Below are positions 27,093 through 27,492 of a stretch of 27,492 nt of DNA, in pieces; within the stretch, counting starts at the first letter, position 1, and every line of letters begins with the position of its first letter. Made by a program: the position numbers and the translations under genes. This stretch comes from an uncultured Candidatus Saccharibacteria bacterium. GTDB taxonomy: Bacteria; Patescibacteriota; Minisyncoccia; Phycocordibacterales; UBA5272. Location: positions 24,472 through 51,963 of the forward strand of contig CAZZNF010000002.1 in NCBI GenBank assembly GCA_964655555.1, read 5' to 3'. The notes beneath the pieces were generated by a model. The model made no database searches and was not told the origin of the DNA. It saw nothing but the letters and a program-made list of their open reading frames with translations.

Positions 27093-27275
27093 TTATTTAA
27101 TTTTATTTGCTATATGTGTATTCAAAACCATTATATTAATATAATTATCAATATTAACTGGACATTTTTTATTATATTTTTCAAAAATCCTTTCTGTATT
27201 TAAAGATGATAATTTTTCTAATAAATTATCTTTTATTAACTCATTATTATTTTTTTTAATATTTATTTTTTCCAT
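27093..27275 (-). CDS. Small hypothetical protein
   Basis: 60-aa ORF with TTGATT..TATAAT upstream. Confidence 0.45.
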   Translation of the reverse strand: MEKINIKKNNNELIKDNLLEKLSSLNTERIFEKYNKKCPVNIDNYINIMVLNTHIANKIK

Positions 27276-27418
27276 AATTTTTATAAATTAACATCTAATA
27301 ATACTTTTTATTTATATATTATAACTTAATAAATAAAAATAAATCAACTAGAAAAATATTTTTTTTGTGTTGAAATATGTTTTTGAGAAAAGAACTTTTT
27401 ATGCTATATTTTTACTAT

Positions 27419-27489
27419 TGCCAGATCGTCTAAAGGTAGGACAGCGGCCTTTGAAGCCGTGAATCTTGGTTCGATTCCAAGTCTGGCAG
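27419..27489 (+). tRNA. tRNA-Gln(UUG)
   Basis: Acceptor TGCCAGA/TCTGGCA, anticodon arm GCGGC-CTTTGAA-GCCGT (TTG at 27451-27453), T arm CTTGG-TTCGATT-CCAAG, discriminator G; followed by CAA, so CCA is not encoded. Confidence 0.96.
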
Positions 27490-27492
27490 CAA

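Noticed and set aside
1..27492. Alternative genetic code (UGA=Gly or Trp)
   Set aside because: All long genes are uninterrupted under code 11; Trp is TGG and Gly is GGN

Overview
Very AT-rich bacterial chromosomal segment (GC roughly in the low 20s % by eye, standard code 11). Short housekeeping proteins, scrambled operons and the presence of bL9 suggest a Patescibacteria/CPR genome, probably Parcubacteria; this is inference. Order: mraY (3' end)-ftsW-murG, serS, ftsQ-like, dus, dnaX, gltX, a Pif1-type helicase, an AddAB-like pair (UvrD helicase-nuclease plus a 4-Cys PD-(D/E)XK nuclease), rpmA, rplI, S41 peptidase, cysS, dnaB-recR, rplU, rmuC, yqeY, DUF378 and tRNA-Gln(UUG), with short orphan ORFs in between. 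I found no transposase, integrase, cas gene or CRISPR array. The most interesting signals are non-coding or regulatory. (1) Two promoter-to-terminator units without a credible ORF fold into multi-hairpin RNAs (about 6998-7131 on -, about 15995-16146 on +). (2) About ten mostly core genes have an extended -10 box only 6-9 nt from the ATG (leaderless), while five orphan genes share a -35/-10 promoter and a TTAAC..TTAAA leader motif. (3) CysRS lacks its C-terminal anticodon domain. (4) Arg codon usage switches abruptly inside dnaB. (5) Two microproteins are missed by the ORF track.
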